Part shown: in pieces, positions 17,685 through 28,830 of the stretch | Numbering within the stretch: position 1 is the first letter of the stretch | Layout of the letters: every line of letters begins with the position of its first letter | IMG/VR virus record: IMGVR_UViG_3300046787_000675 | Coordinates: 32,001-96,000 of that record | Source: a virus | DNA length: 64,000 bases | Reading direction: 5' to 3' (one strand) | Translations under genes and position numbers: made by a program | The notes under the pieces: generated by a model | The model's input: the letters and a program-made list of their open reading frames with translations, nothing else | The model's database searches: none | Told to the model about the DNA's origin: nothing

Positions 17685-20600
17685 TTGTCAACGGTTAACC
17701 TTATCTGTTACACCCTTCGTAACTATATCCTCTACACTCTGGGGTATTTTTTCTAAAAAACGACACCACTTGTTCTCCTTCTCTAAAATACGGTTCCACA
17801 CTATTTCATTGACGTTGCGCATATTTATTACCTCGTTTTGTTTATTATGTATGTTTCAGTACTTTATATTTCTTTAAGATTGAAAAAAGAGTTGTCTGGT
17901 TTTATAAAGTATGTCGAGAGACCTCACACATACTTCTCGATATACTAACATGTGTGTACTTGTATGAACTTCCTGGGATACTACCTTAGATTTTTCTGTG
18001 CTTAAAGGTGTACGCAATCCTTCCCAGATTTCCGTAGCTATCTTTTCATTAATATTATCCATTAGCTTTCTCTATTATCGTTTAAATTCATTACGACATC
18101 TGTAATCTGTAGATGTATGGTGTTTATAGGTATTTCCGTGAAATGGTTACGACCTACCAGATATAATGTATTCTGGTGTATCTGTTCCTCGAATATTTTA
18201 TCTATAGGCTTTCGTATATAATCCCTCACTGTGTTAAAGGGAATAACATCTATGTTTTGCAAGTAGTATTACCTCATGGATGTAGGGTGTTATGATCTTT
18301 GTAGTATGATTTTTGACGGTACATATGTTATGTATTACTTCTCGCATCATCGGATGCTTCTCTATTGATCTTCTTATGTCGACTACAGTTGTTACAACCT
18401 TGGATGAAACGTTAGTCATACTTTCGCTACCTCTTCCATAAACCCTCCGCTGTTGCTGTAGCGATATCATCTATTCCTCCTATCTCGGTGTCGCGTAAAC
18501 CGTGTCTGACATACAGATTTACATCTATATTGACGGATTCCCTTACTTGAGGATATAATTTAAATTCCATTATATCCTCTATTGTAGTTGTCACTTTTTT
18601 ATCGACTTTTCTCATAGGTTATAGTTTATCCTAGCTACCAATCCTTCATCCTCACCGTCTATTACACTCCACGTATTGTCCATTGTAAAAAAGTATACAT
18701 AGTCACTTACATCTTCTTTTAGACTTATTATTTCCTCAAATCTTTTTGTCATTACTTTACCTATAATTTTTGTTACGTTTTTCATAGTTTATCCTTCTGT
18801 ATCCCCTCGCGAGTGTCCATAACCACCCTGCTCTTAAGACCGTGTGTCACCGCCAGGTACTCGGTAAAGATATATACCGGTAATATTTTAGGTATAGTGT
18901 GTTTTAATTCATTGAGGGGTACTTGCGGGCTTTCTTTTATTAGCTTTTGTATATTTTTCATATTCAGATATTTTTTTCAATGTTAAGGGCATTACCCACA
19001 AACCTGTCTACCTTGTTTTTTTTGGCTAAATAGTTCGGTATATGTTTTCATAGGGACAGTAACCGTGCTTGTAATTGAACCTCTAAGGTCGTAACAACTT
19101 ACGGTACATATCTGTTCATGAGTCCTCCTGCGCATAATACCCTCATATTTGTATGTTTCGAAGTCTTCCCGGTCATTTCTGTTTACCAGATTTAAGGGAT
19201 CTAGAGGAGCCGTCTCTATAGATAGTCTCGTTAGGTACCTTAATCTATTTTTAATATTACCGTTTACATTAATCATAAACCATCTCACCTAATGTCTGTA
19301 GATAGGATCTTATTATCGCGTGTTCTTTATTGGAAGTAACTGTGTTTTTTACGATAAATACTACGTTAGCAATATCCAAACTCGTAGACACTTTCTCATT
19401 GCCGAGGCTTATAATACAATACTGCGTATTGCGGTATATAGGTTCGCAAGGTGGGTAAGGTTTATATATATTTAAATCATAACCATTGCCGGAACCGTCA
19501 TTAAATTCTACAGATATTTTAAATCGCTTATGTATTTCGTTTTGTACGGTGTTTTTTATGTTTTTCATAGCATTGTCCTTTCTAAACGGAGTCTATATCC
19601 TATAGATATCTTTATTATCTCTTGTAGTATAGAGTTCTGTACTTTGTTTCTAATGTCCGATACTTTTATAACATCATCCATATACATCATTACATTCTGC
19701 TCACCTTGAGGTGTATAAAAAACGTAGATTTCTCTATCTATTTCTTGTTTTCCGCTTCTGTACGATGGTGATGTTAGATCAATCACCGTTGTCAATACGA
19801 AACACTTTTGTAGTTTTTCTAATACTTTATCGCTTGTGTTTTTCAAGATATATTCCTTATACAGGAGGTTTCTTAGTATATATGTTTTCCGATAAGCTGA
19901 ATTTGTAGCTGTCTACAGTATCCCATATAGCGTCGCTCACGGTAGACCTTGTCTTTTCTGATACAGAGTTCTCCAAGTCTATCTTGACCTGTTTAAGGAG
20001 TCCTTTAAATATTGTATTGAATACTATTCTGTTGTTGTTTTTCATATGTCCTTACCTAAAAAAAAGGGAACTTTCTTCTTTTTATAAAAAGAGAATTCGG
20101 TGTTTGGTAGTCAGTGTGGGGAGGTAGCTTCAAACATGTATCTACCCTGTGTGCGATGTTTATTCGGAGGTTTATCTCTATCTCTTTAGATAAAGAGTTT
20201 ATGACCCCACATATGATTTTATGATGATAGAGTTTGTAAGCTACGATATCATGTACAGTTCGCATATTTATCATTCCTTTATTATTACTTCTTTTAGATC
20301 TCCTTTATTACTACGTTGGATATGCTTGTAGCCTTATTGTATTTGTTGACTTTATCCCTAACATCCCAGTGTATACTGTGCCATGCTGTACTCAGCGACA
20401 CTTTCTCATCGCCGCAGCTTATAATACAATACTGAGTATTTAACTGCTCATTAAAGTCTACAGATATTTTAAATCGCTTATGTATTTCGTAGTGTACAGT
20501 GTTTTTTATGTTTTTCATATCATTGTCCTTTCTATACCTTTAGATGTTCCTATAGGTAAAGTTCTAGGTGTTTTTTCGTGTACGGCTGTCTGTACCTCGC

Positions 20601-21225
20601 TCCATATACCATTAGAGTCACATACGGTGTTAAGTTTATTTGTTAGTGAGGCATCTAATGCTATTAACCTGTTGGTAATTTTATGCTCTACGTTGTTCAT
20701 AATCACATATCCTTTAAATTATTAGAACCTAGAATAGTTCTTCTAAACTCTTCTGCATTTACCGGCATAGGAGGGGCGATCAACCGGAAAGGTCTATATG
20801 TTATGGCATCGTCTGTTTTTGCAATAATGTCTATAACAGTTATTTTATCGTCTATTTCGATCCACATATGTTTAGTAATAGCCTCAGATACGTCAATAGC
20901 ATTTTCAAATACCAAAAATCTGACTTTTAAACGGATACTTGCGCTTACGTTTCTCATTATATCTCTTCTTTTTCTATGACATGTAGTCTTATTATTTGAT
21001 GTCGTGCAAGTTCACGATCCACCGGTACCCTAACCTTTCTATACACAGCGTTAGAAACACCCATTGTCATTAGATTAGCTGTATCCGGATATATCTTTTT
21101 ACTTAGCTCCTTTAATACATGAATACTTCCCACATTAATCATTGCTTACCTCTGTACATATGGGTTTTATATCTATTTCTGTTCTGTTTTCCGGTCCTAT
21201 GTTGTACATACGGATCCTCTCTGTT

Positions 21226-21260
21226 AAAAAAAAGCCCTGTTTTTAGGCAGGGCTTTTTTT
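21226..21260. terminator. Bidirectional intrinsic terminator
   Basis: A-run, GCCCTG, loop, CAGGGC, T-run. Confidence 0.8.
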
Positions 21261-21278
21261 GTTTATATAATATGGAGA

Positions 21279-21635
21279 TTAGTCTTTAACTAGCTCCTTA
21301 GACATTTTGAAGTAGTCAAACTGCTTGGCTACTTTCTTCTTATAGATTCCGGGATTAATGATCATATCATCATGTCTACCTGTTATAACGCAGCCGGCGA
21401 TTACCGGTTCTTTTACTTTCATGTATAACTGTCCGTCTTTCTCGTAGAACTCGATTTTACTCGGATCTGTTTCGACTACATGATGGTTTCCGGTTGTCTC
21501 GGATTTACCTACGATCAGTTTATCTCCTACCATCTCCTCTTTCGCAGGGATGTAAGATATTACATCTCTAGGTAGTTCGTTTACTTGATAAAAGATTACT
21601 TCCCCATGGAAGCTTGTTTTTAGTTTGCTTTGCAT
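21279..21635 (-). CDS. His-rich beta-protein, the usual partner of DUF6745 proteins
   Basis: HGEV...SETTGNHHV...HDDMIINPGIY...QFD matches the (Q/H)GDV...GE-TGH-H...H..I.LP.G.Y...QREY pattern. Confidence 0.65.
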   Translation of the reverse strand: MQSKLKTSFHGEVIFYQVNELPRDVISYIPAKEEMVGDKLIVGKSETTGNHHVVETDPSKIEFYEKDGQLYMKVKEPVIAGCVITGRHDDMIINPGIYKKKVAKQFDYFKMSKELVKD

Positions 21636-21701
21636 CTTTTTGTTCCTTGTTTTTTGGGTAATTAGTATACCTGTGCCTTCTGTTTAGTAAATAAGAAGAC
21701 T

Positions 21702-22640
21702 TTATTTGATGTCTTCAATAACATGTCCTGTCATATCCTCTTCCGCACGGTCTTCTAGAGCCTGGGGGATAGTGCGTACATTTGGCGATACGCCTTCTAT
21801 GGCATAAATACCCATGGTCTGGTGTTTCATAAACAGGTGTGGAGCATATTGTACTTTATCGAATAGTCTGGCCATATCATAGAGTCTATACTCAGATTTC
21901 GCGTACCACTCATTTCCGGGATAGTTTTTATAGGTGTCGATCAATTTCCCTAGTTCTACCATCCTGTCGATACCATATTTCCGCACAAACTCCATTTTAA
22001 TGTCCGAAGATTGGATCTTATGATAATCCGACAGCTTTAGTTGAGCGGTCGGTGTCATAACAAGCCATTCTGGGACATGTATCCCGTTTAACCAATACTG
22101 ACAATATCCGTCGCGCCATACGACAGCAGGGCCCATATCTTTATGGAGAACATCTCTTTGCAAGGTGTGTGTCACTACAGGAGACTCACATACTACCCAG
22201 GCTCCGTCGAGCTGTATGGTATCCCATATACCGGTTTCCAGAGATTCTTTATATCTTTCGAACTCCTCGTGTTTTAAAACACTTATTTCGCGAAAATAAT
22301 CATAGAACGCAAGCCATCCGAAATCCTTAACGCCCCCGTAGGAACCAAAACTCGTACGGGCATTCGGATCCGGAGTAGCCTTACGCAAGTCTTCCAGACT
22401 CATTTCATCCAGGATATCCTGCCGGATTAACGGCAGATCGGCAATTAGGTAGTTACCTAGATATTGGGCGGCCATAGGAGATTTAACGAAAAATACCGGG
22501 GCTTTCTTTAAACCCGATAGCTGCATTATGTATTGGCAGTATACTGTCGCCAATTCTCTATTTAGGGGTTTTATTGTGGACCATTTATCTACGATCGGCG
22601 CAAAGAGTGCTTTTTGCTCTTTTGTTAGTTCTGTAATCAT
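21702..22640 (-). CDS. DUF6745-domain protein
   Basis: MITELTKEQ..., SPMA, WLAFYDYF, LHKDMGPAVVWRDGYCQYWLNGIHVPEW, YAIEGVSP. Confidence 0.7.
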   Translation of the reverse strand: MITELTKEQKALFAPIVDKWSTIKPLNRELATVYCQYIMQLSGLKKAPVFFVKSPMAAQYLGNYLIADLPLIRQDILDEMSLEDLRKATPDPNARTSFGSYGGVKDFGWLAFYDYFREISVLKHEEFERYKESLETGIWDTIQLDGAWVVCESPVVTHTLQRDVLHKDMGPAVVWRDGYCQYWLNGIHVPEWLVMTPTAQLKLSDYHKIQSSDIKMEFVRKYGIDRMVELGKLIDTYKNYPGNEWYAKSEYRLYDMARLFDKVQYAPHLFMKHQTMGIYAIEGVSPNVRTIPQALEDRAEEDMTGHVIEDIK

Positions 22641-23780
22641 CGGTTGTTCCTTTTGTTGTTTTGCATGTAGGTTTTTATGAATGTCTCGATATTAGGGTCC
22701 TCGAGATCTAATTTAAAATAGGCAAAGCCTGCGTCCTCCGACGGTTCGTCGGCGGTGTAATGCAGAAACTTAGCGCCTTCTTTTGTGTATGCCAGGTAGT
22801 ATATCTGGACAGGTCCATCCGAGGGGATTGTTGTGTAGAGGTGTAGTCCTTCGACTTTTACGCCGTTAAAATACACGCTCTGCACACCTGTCTTTCTATT
22901 TACAGGCTTTGTATCTCCGTATGTTATGATAGGCATACTCAACCCTCGTTAGGTTTAAACGGAAAGCTCGCGACAATATAGGTCTCGTCGTCGTACTTCC
23001 AATGCAGCTGAAACTTATATCGGTTAACCATGGCGTAGGTTAAAGAAGCTTTTACAGGAAGATTAAGCTCTTCATCCATTATACTTGCTTCTACAGAAGG
23101 TAGGTTAGTGATACCTATCTCTCCTGGAGCTTCCGATGCCTGTATATAAGGAGATAGTATCTCCGCCATGTGTTTTATGTCTTTTTCTTTCACATGGAGG
23201 GTAACATGCCCTATACAAGGACCTTCCGTATTGTAACCTTTATACAGAATATACGGACGATCTATCTTCAGAAACTTTTCTGCTCTTTCTTTATCTACGA
23301 TATCTAATATCGCCTCTATCTCACGATGTAGATGCTCCTTGGTTATAGAAGTATTATCTATATCGCGAATTAAAACAAAGAGTGCCTCTAGATCTTTAAC
23401 TGCCGCTGTGCGTAGAAAATTCTCTATACATTTACTCTCTGTTATAGTTTTATACAGGTACCGGTGTACATCTTGTTTGTGTACAGAATCGTACTCTATT
23501 CTATCCAGCTCCTCTTTCGATAAGCGCCGTACATGTATAGAAGATGCAGAACTATCCAGCTCTATTTCTATTCCGTGTGCATGTATACCGGAGCCTATGT
23601 TATGGATATCATAGATACTTTTCATAGGATCATACAACTCCAGGAAGTGCGTGTTTCTCGGAGATATATCCGGGATAACCATACGTAGCTCCCGGATAGG
23701 CACATCCCGCCATTCAGCCGGCATTTCGTCGAATGCCTTTCTCAGGTCTGCCTGTAGCTGATCTAAGTCTTTTTGCATAT

Positions 23781-24347
23781 CTACTCCTTTGTTTGTTCTA
23801 CGACAACAGACGAACGATCTTCAATAACCCATTTACCCTCGTGTATATAAGCACGCGTTGTCTGTTCGTATTCTATTTGGGCTTTGTCTAAGTCGGCGAG
23901 AAGCTCTGTATAGACCTTCGAGCCTTCTTCCTCGGCATACAGATCTTCTCTTTTCTCTATTACATTTACTAGAGCGGGCGGCGCTCCTTTTAGATATCCG
24001 CATTTCGAAGAGAAGAAATGATTCTCTCTAAGGGAGGTATATTGGGAGAGCATGCTTTCGGATAGACTATAGGCACATATACCCGGTTTTTTATCCTGCA
24101 ACATACATACATTATCTCCTTCCAGAAAAGGACAGGTAAATACGATGCGTTTAGCCTCTACAGCCATTTCCGCCGCCTGTTTCCATTTTTCCATAAAATC
24201 CGGAGTATAATTACCTCTATCCCTATCCCGCTTGTCCATTTCCTGCATTTTCTGTACGTACTCCAGGGTATTGGTTGCTACAAGGTTTTTGCAGCAACCT
24301 CCTGTTCGCATACAGCGAGGAGTGTTTTCAGATATGTCTTTACTCAT
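23781..24347 (-). CDS. YkgJ-family cysteine-cluster protein
   Basis: CMRTGGCC...CPFLEGDNVC...KPGIC...C. Confidence 0.75.
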   Translation of the reverse strand: MSKDISENTPRCMRTGGCCKNLVATNTLEYVQKMQEMDKRDRDRGNYTPDFMEKWKQAAEMAVEAKRIVFTCPFLEGDNVCMLQDKKPGICAYSLSESMLSQYTSLRENHFFSSKCGYLKGAPPALVNVIEKREDLYAEEEGSKVYTELLADLDKAQIEYEQTTRAYIHEGKWVIEDRSSVVVEQTKE

Positions 24348-24808
24348 TTAAAACGCACTCCGTCTGAATTAAAGAACACATCGTTTAGAATAAGTTTATC
24401 TCCTTCGCGCATTATATTACGCCGGGATATCTCAAACGATAAGCTATTACATTCTATGTAGTCACATACTCTGTCTAAAAGCTCGAATATCGCGTCCTTT
24501 AATTCCTCGAAAGGTATTTTATCGAATTTTTCGTATATTCTGGGGTATGTATGTATGCAGGGAGTACGCATTAAATATCTGTAATACATATAATCCTGTT
24601 TACATAATTCTCTGCGCGGGGACTTTACTTTATCATATTTCTTACCGAATATATGGAATTCTTTATCTCTCCATAGTTTAGGCAATAACCTATGTTCTAT
24701 GTCCATCTCCGCCAGACAGTATTTTACAGGGTCTATTGTTGTTATCTTGACTGTATTCTCGTCTGCTAGATATACCCTGGAAAAGGCTCCTTTACCTATT
24801 AACGGCAT
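24344..24808 (-). CDS. Minimal protein-kinase-like protein
   Basis: LIGKGAFSRVY Gly loop, VK, EISRRNIM, LILND. Confidence 0.55.
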   Translation of the reverse strand: MPLIGKGAFSRVYLADENTVKITTIDPVKYCLAEMDIEHRLLPKLWRDKEFHIFGKKYDKVKSPRRELCKQDYMYYRYLMRTPCIHTYPRIYEKFDKIPFEELKDAIFELLDRVCDYIECNSLSFEISRRNIMREGDKLILNDVFFNSDGVRFK

Positions 24809-25616
24809 GTTCTTTCCTCAGTTTATTCCAGATAGACAGTTCCTTACGGGTACTGTTATCCGGTGTTTTTATCTCTGTACCGTCCTTATTCCAATAGGTT
24901 GTATAGTTATAAGGAGTACAGTAGTTCCGCTCTACACGTGTAATGCTTTTAGCAAAACCGTCGGTATACACATATATTTTAGTATTGTAGTTACAAATAA
25001 AAGGTGTCTGCCTTTTATGTCGATATCCGTAGGATGTAGGCACGGCTACCGAAGAGTAGTGACCTTTCTCACAGAAGTCTTCAGCAGCATCTACCCGGAA
25101 CTTTTCTCTCCATGTCTCAGCCATCTTTAGATAACTCCTTGTTTAGTCTTTCTAGCTCATCTAAAAAGAAAGTAGCTTTCTCTCCTTTAACGAGACTTTT
25201 TTCAGGTTCTTTCTTCTCCGGTTCAACCATTATAATATCCTGCGGGTTTTTACGGTACAAAGCCTCTGTCAGGAGGGCAATTTTAGCTACATTGCCTAAC
25301 CCTACAATACCCAGGACTTTATTCTTCATTTTTAGACAGATCCTCTTCCTGTATATGTATTTCCTTATCGAGGTTAGGTATAACTTCCGTCAGATTCATT
25401 TTTATTAGTTCTGTACTCAACATGTCTCCGTATGAATCTACTAAAGCCAAACAAGATAGAGTATATATAATTGTCTTATTATACTCCGTAGATACTCTCC
25501 CCCAAATCTCCCCTGTATTTACTTTAGCAATCAAATCTTCTCTATTAAGACTTAAAAGGTCTGTTACAAATGCTTTTAGTTTATTTAACAACTCTATTTG
25601 TTGTTCTATTCTTTGT

Positions 25617-26216
25617 TTAGTAGTTTTCATTTTCTTGTTCCTTATTGTTTGTTATTTTGTAAATGTATAGTCTATCATGTAGTCCGTACCAAGTAGGTAT
25701 ATCAATGCAGGTTATAATCTTTTTATTCTTAAATAGAAAAAAGGAATCTGCTGCTGTACAACCTCCTCGGCTTTCTCCTATATAATATAGAAGTCTGCCG
25801 GGCTTCATACGCTTTACCGCTCTTGTAAACCACTCGCCTTTGTAACTAGGCCAGGAGCAGAATACATCACTGTCGGGATTAGCTGACACGGCTGTCTCCG
25901 CGCCCATTTCTGTAACAGCTTCCCGGTGTTTAAACCCGTACTGACCTGTTTTATCGTCATAAGCAGGTATACTCAACATTTCCTCCCAATAACCGGTACC
26001 AGATCCTATTCCTATAAGATTTTCGGATTGTTTTATTCTGTCGAAAGCTTCCTTACAAGGGATAGAAAATCCAAACTTTTCTCTAAAAGCGTCTCGGTCA
26101 CGATGTTGATCATACAGAGATATGTTATTTAATAACTTCTGTATTTCAGCACGAGGCATTGTTATAAGATTTTCAAAAGACAAATCTCTAAACTCTACTT
26201 GTTTTTCGTCGTCCAT
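25617..26216 (-). CDS. Class I SAM-dependent methyltransferase-like protein
   Basis: IGIGSGTGYW, CSWPSY, YIGESRGGCTA. Confidence 0.7.
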   Translation of the reverse strand: MDDEKQVEFRDLSFENLITMPRAEIQKLLNNISLYDQHRDRDAFREKFGFSIPCKEAFDRIKQSENLIGIGSGTGYWEEMLSIPAYDDKTGQYGFKHREAVTEMGAETAVSANPDSDVFCSWPSYKGEWFTRAVKRMKPGRLLYYIGESRGGCTAADSFFLFKNKKIITCIDIPTWYGLHDRLYIYKITNNKEQENENY

Positions 26217-27506
26217 ATTTAATCCTTTGGGTTGTCTTCCCCGTCCTGTAGGTGTTGAGGAAGTTGTTCATTGTTTTTAGACCAGATATATATCTCAAAC
26301 TCTTGGTCACCCGTACACTCACACAACCAGCCAGATATCCATCCGGATAAGTCCTCTAGCTGTATGCGTGCTTTAACCATACTCGACTTACAATCAGGGC
26401 ATTCCATATAGAAATTTACCCTAATCTATGAGAAACGGAATGTAAGAGTATTATTACGTCATTTATAACCTTCGTATTTTGAATAAGTTGCAATCCAGAC
26501 ACAATATGTCTCAGCGACCTCTTTACAATAACGTCGTCAGTGTCTACCTCTAACGCTTTTTTACAGAGTTTCGACGTATCCGGACACCGCAATATTTTAT
26601 TTCGCTGTTCCTGACTAGTTGCTTTTAAAGCTGCCTCTGCTGCGATAAGTAAAGAAGATACTATCTCTTTTACAGATATAGAATCAGGTACATTTTTAGC
26701 TTCTCCTAAACTCATTCTGTATTCGAGGGATTGTTTGATAACTTCATCTATGACATGATCGGCAGCAGTTGTAAGTGCGCTGTGTAAACCAGTAACCGAC
26801 GATCCTGCTACATCCGACCCTATTAATATATTCATCGATGCCCCTACCGCTTTACTATTATTGTCTAAAGCTACGAGAACAAATGTTGTTTCAGGGAATT
26901 TGTCTTTTAGACACTTGTCCATTTCATGGAGTACATGGTTATCCATATATTTTTCCTTTATTTATTTTTCTCTATTGTGTCTATAAGAAGGATTATCGCT
27001 TCCATAGCTGCATCCGACCTATGGTTTAATAAACCTTCGACGATATGATCCAGAGACTCTTGCAGGAACGCGTCGCCGTCGGTATGATTGGATGCTAAGT
27101 CGCATACAGTCATTGTTTCCTCACTGTCGAGTATCTTCTTTTTAACCTCTTCCGGTGCTTCCAAAACAGAACGGGCTGTCTCTTTAAGAGTTTGCAGGAG
27201 TATATCTGTAGGGATATCATTTCTCTGTGTTGTTCTAACTACCTCTACAATGTCCTTGAGTCTATGCTGTGCTAGTACTCTCTTTAAGTTATCCTTCATT
27301 TTATGTGCTATGTGCTCTTCGCTCATATCTATACCTTGTGTTTAATTTGCTTTATACGGACATAGTTTTTTACGTCCTGCTCGAATAAGTACTTAGCATG
27401 TCCTTTAGAGTTTGCTGTACATACATATTCCTGCCTTTTACCTGTGCTATCCTGATAATGGATAACCCAAGCACGGGCTAATTCTTCCGACATATTTTTT
27501 CCTTTT

Positions 27507-28205
27507 TTAGCTATTACTTGATTCTTTCATGCGTCGGCATATCTCGTCGAACGCCTCGAACACAACCCGTAGTTGAGGGTGTGTATCGAACTCTTCCGGA
27601 AGCTCCATACATAAGTGATCCGGTCTATTCTTCATACAGGCCATGTAAACTAAATGACCTTCGTTAAGAGTCTCTTTAGCGTCTATAAGCCACTCTAAGG
27701 CTTCTAGTATGTCCTCCGGACAATCCGGCACCACATCCTGTACCTTATGTGAACTACAGGTCTCCAATCTACTCAGCACAGTTACATCTGGAGCCCCTAT
27801 ACTGTACGCGTCCCATACATCTTCCCGTAAAATTTCGAGAAGTCTTTTCCGGGTTCTCTCTATGTTGAAGACCAGTGGGTTTTGGGTAGAATTGTTTTGT
27901 AACTTTTCTATCCAATAAGCCTCGCTTACCTTTTCACCGGCTTCCGGATGAAACTCTCTGCAGAACGTCCATCGACCGTAATACCCTGTTACCAGCAGTG
28001 TTCCAGCCACATTTATAAAATGTACGGCATACATATTTCTGTCAGGTATGCGGAGACTTACGCAAGAGAACCCAGGAGAGCTTTCTTCTTCTACTACATG
28101 TTTTGACCAATCCATAAAGTGTTCCTTATTATTTTTCTTTTTGCATTCTTTGACATATCTCGTCAAAAGCATCAAATACGGCAAGCAGTTGAAAGTGTAT
28201 TCCAA
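27507..28205 (-). CDS. Hypothetical protein, tandem paralog of 28129-28830 (true start probably MDWSKH)
   Basis: Shared DWSKH...FIN--G-L-VTG-YG-W-F--EF-P...YWI-KL...F-AFDEIC-RM. Confidence 0.75.
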   Translation of the reverse strand: MEYTFNCLPYLMLLTRYVKECKKKNNKEHFMDWSKHVVEEESSPGFSCVSLRIPDRNMYAVHFINVAGTLLVTGYYGRWTFCREFHPEAGEKVSEAYWIEKLQNNSTQNPLVFNIERTRKRLLEILREDVWDAYSIGAPDVTVLSRLETCSSHKVQDVVPDCPEDILEALEWLIDAKETLNEGHLVYMACMKNRPDHLCMELPEEFDTHPQLRVVFEAFDEICRRMKESSNS

Positions 28206-28830
28206 ACTTCTCGACTATGCTTTCGGAGTCTAAAGACCCTGGTAGTTCATCGGCAGCATATGTTATATATGATCTGTGACTACCTACGTTTAATTCATCT
28301 AAACATCCTTTCAGATACTCAATTTCTTTAATTAGGGGTGTATGGTAGCCTTTGAGCAATTCTTCTAAGTCGTAAGTAGAACAATCCTCGATTTCCCCTA
28401 TATTATTAGGGATACTCTCTCCATAACACTCCCATATCTCTTCTCTCAGCATCTCTAAGAGTTTTTTTCTTGTAGCTTCTTCACTAAAGACAACCGGATC
28501 CTGTATAGAATTGTCTTCTAGTTTCTGTATCCAGTATCCGTCGTCGACGCACCCTTCTACACTAGGTTGGAATTCTTGGGAGAATATCCAGTTACCGTAA
28601 GCCCCTGTAACTACTAACACGCCTGATGTGTTAATAAAGTTTACAGAGTTCTCCTCTTCTCTGTCCGGTATAGTAAGACTTGTTTTTAGAAAGTTTTCCG
28701 ATTGTATTGTCTTTACGATATGCTTGCTCCAATCAATTTTCGGATTTCTTTTTTTATTCATCTTTTTGTTCCTTATTATTTTACGAAGTGAAAAATAATT
28801 CACCCGGTTTGTATATTTTACTCGGAACAT
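28129..28830 (-). CDS. Hypothetical protein, tandem paralog of 27507-28205
   Basis: Same motifs as 27507-28205. Confidence 0.75.
   Translation of the reverse strand: MFRVKYTNRVNYFSLRKIIRNKKMNKKRNPKIDWSKHIVKTIQSENFLKTSLTIPDREEENSVNFINTSGVLVVTGAYGNWIFSQEFQPSVEGCVDDGYWIQKLEDNSIQDPVVFSEEATRKKLLEMLREEIWECYGESIPNNIGEIEDCSTYDLEELLKGYHTPLIKEIEYLKGCLDELNVGSHRSYITYAADELPGSLDSESIVEKFGIHFQLLAVFDAFDEICQRMQKEK

Larger units (their letters stand above)
15955..17694 (+). mobile_element. IS607-family element 2 (intact TnpA plus TnpB)
   Basis: Bounded by GG at 15955-15956 and ...GTCAACGG at 17694; the empty site restores an ORF. Confidence 0.9.
15899..17822 (-). pseudogene. Small array gene (61 aa) split by IS607 element 2
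   Basis: Joining at the shared GG restores MRNVNEIVWNR...VTDKVN|LSKICKDTSSEAEEVIHE*. Its stop overlaps the next ATG, like neighbouring genes. Confidence 0.8.
15297..21142 (-). repeat. Array of about 18 divergent small paralogous ORFs (about 57-100 aa) starting Mx(N/K/S)(V/I), interrupted by IS607 element 2
   Basis: Starts include MINVG, MRNVS, MNNVE, MKNIK (x2), MKNTS, MINVN, MKNIQ, MKNVT, MRKVD, MTNVS, MQNID, MDNIN, MRNVN, MNNIS and MRSVD. Many are translationally coupled. Confidence 0.6.

Noticed and set aside
15297-21142. Diversity-generating retroelement as the source of array variation
   Set aside because: No reverse transcriptase is present in the window, and differences between duplicated segments are not adenine-specific.
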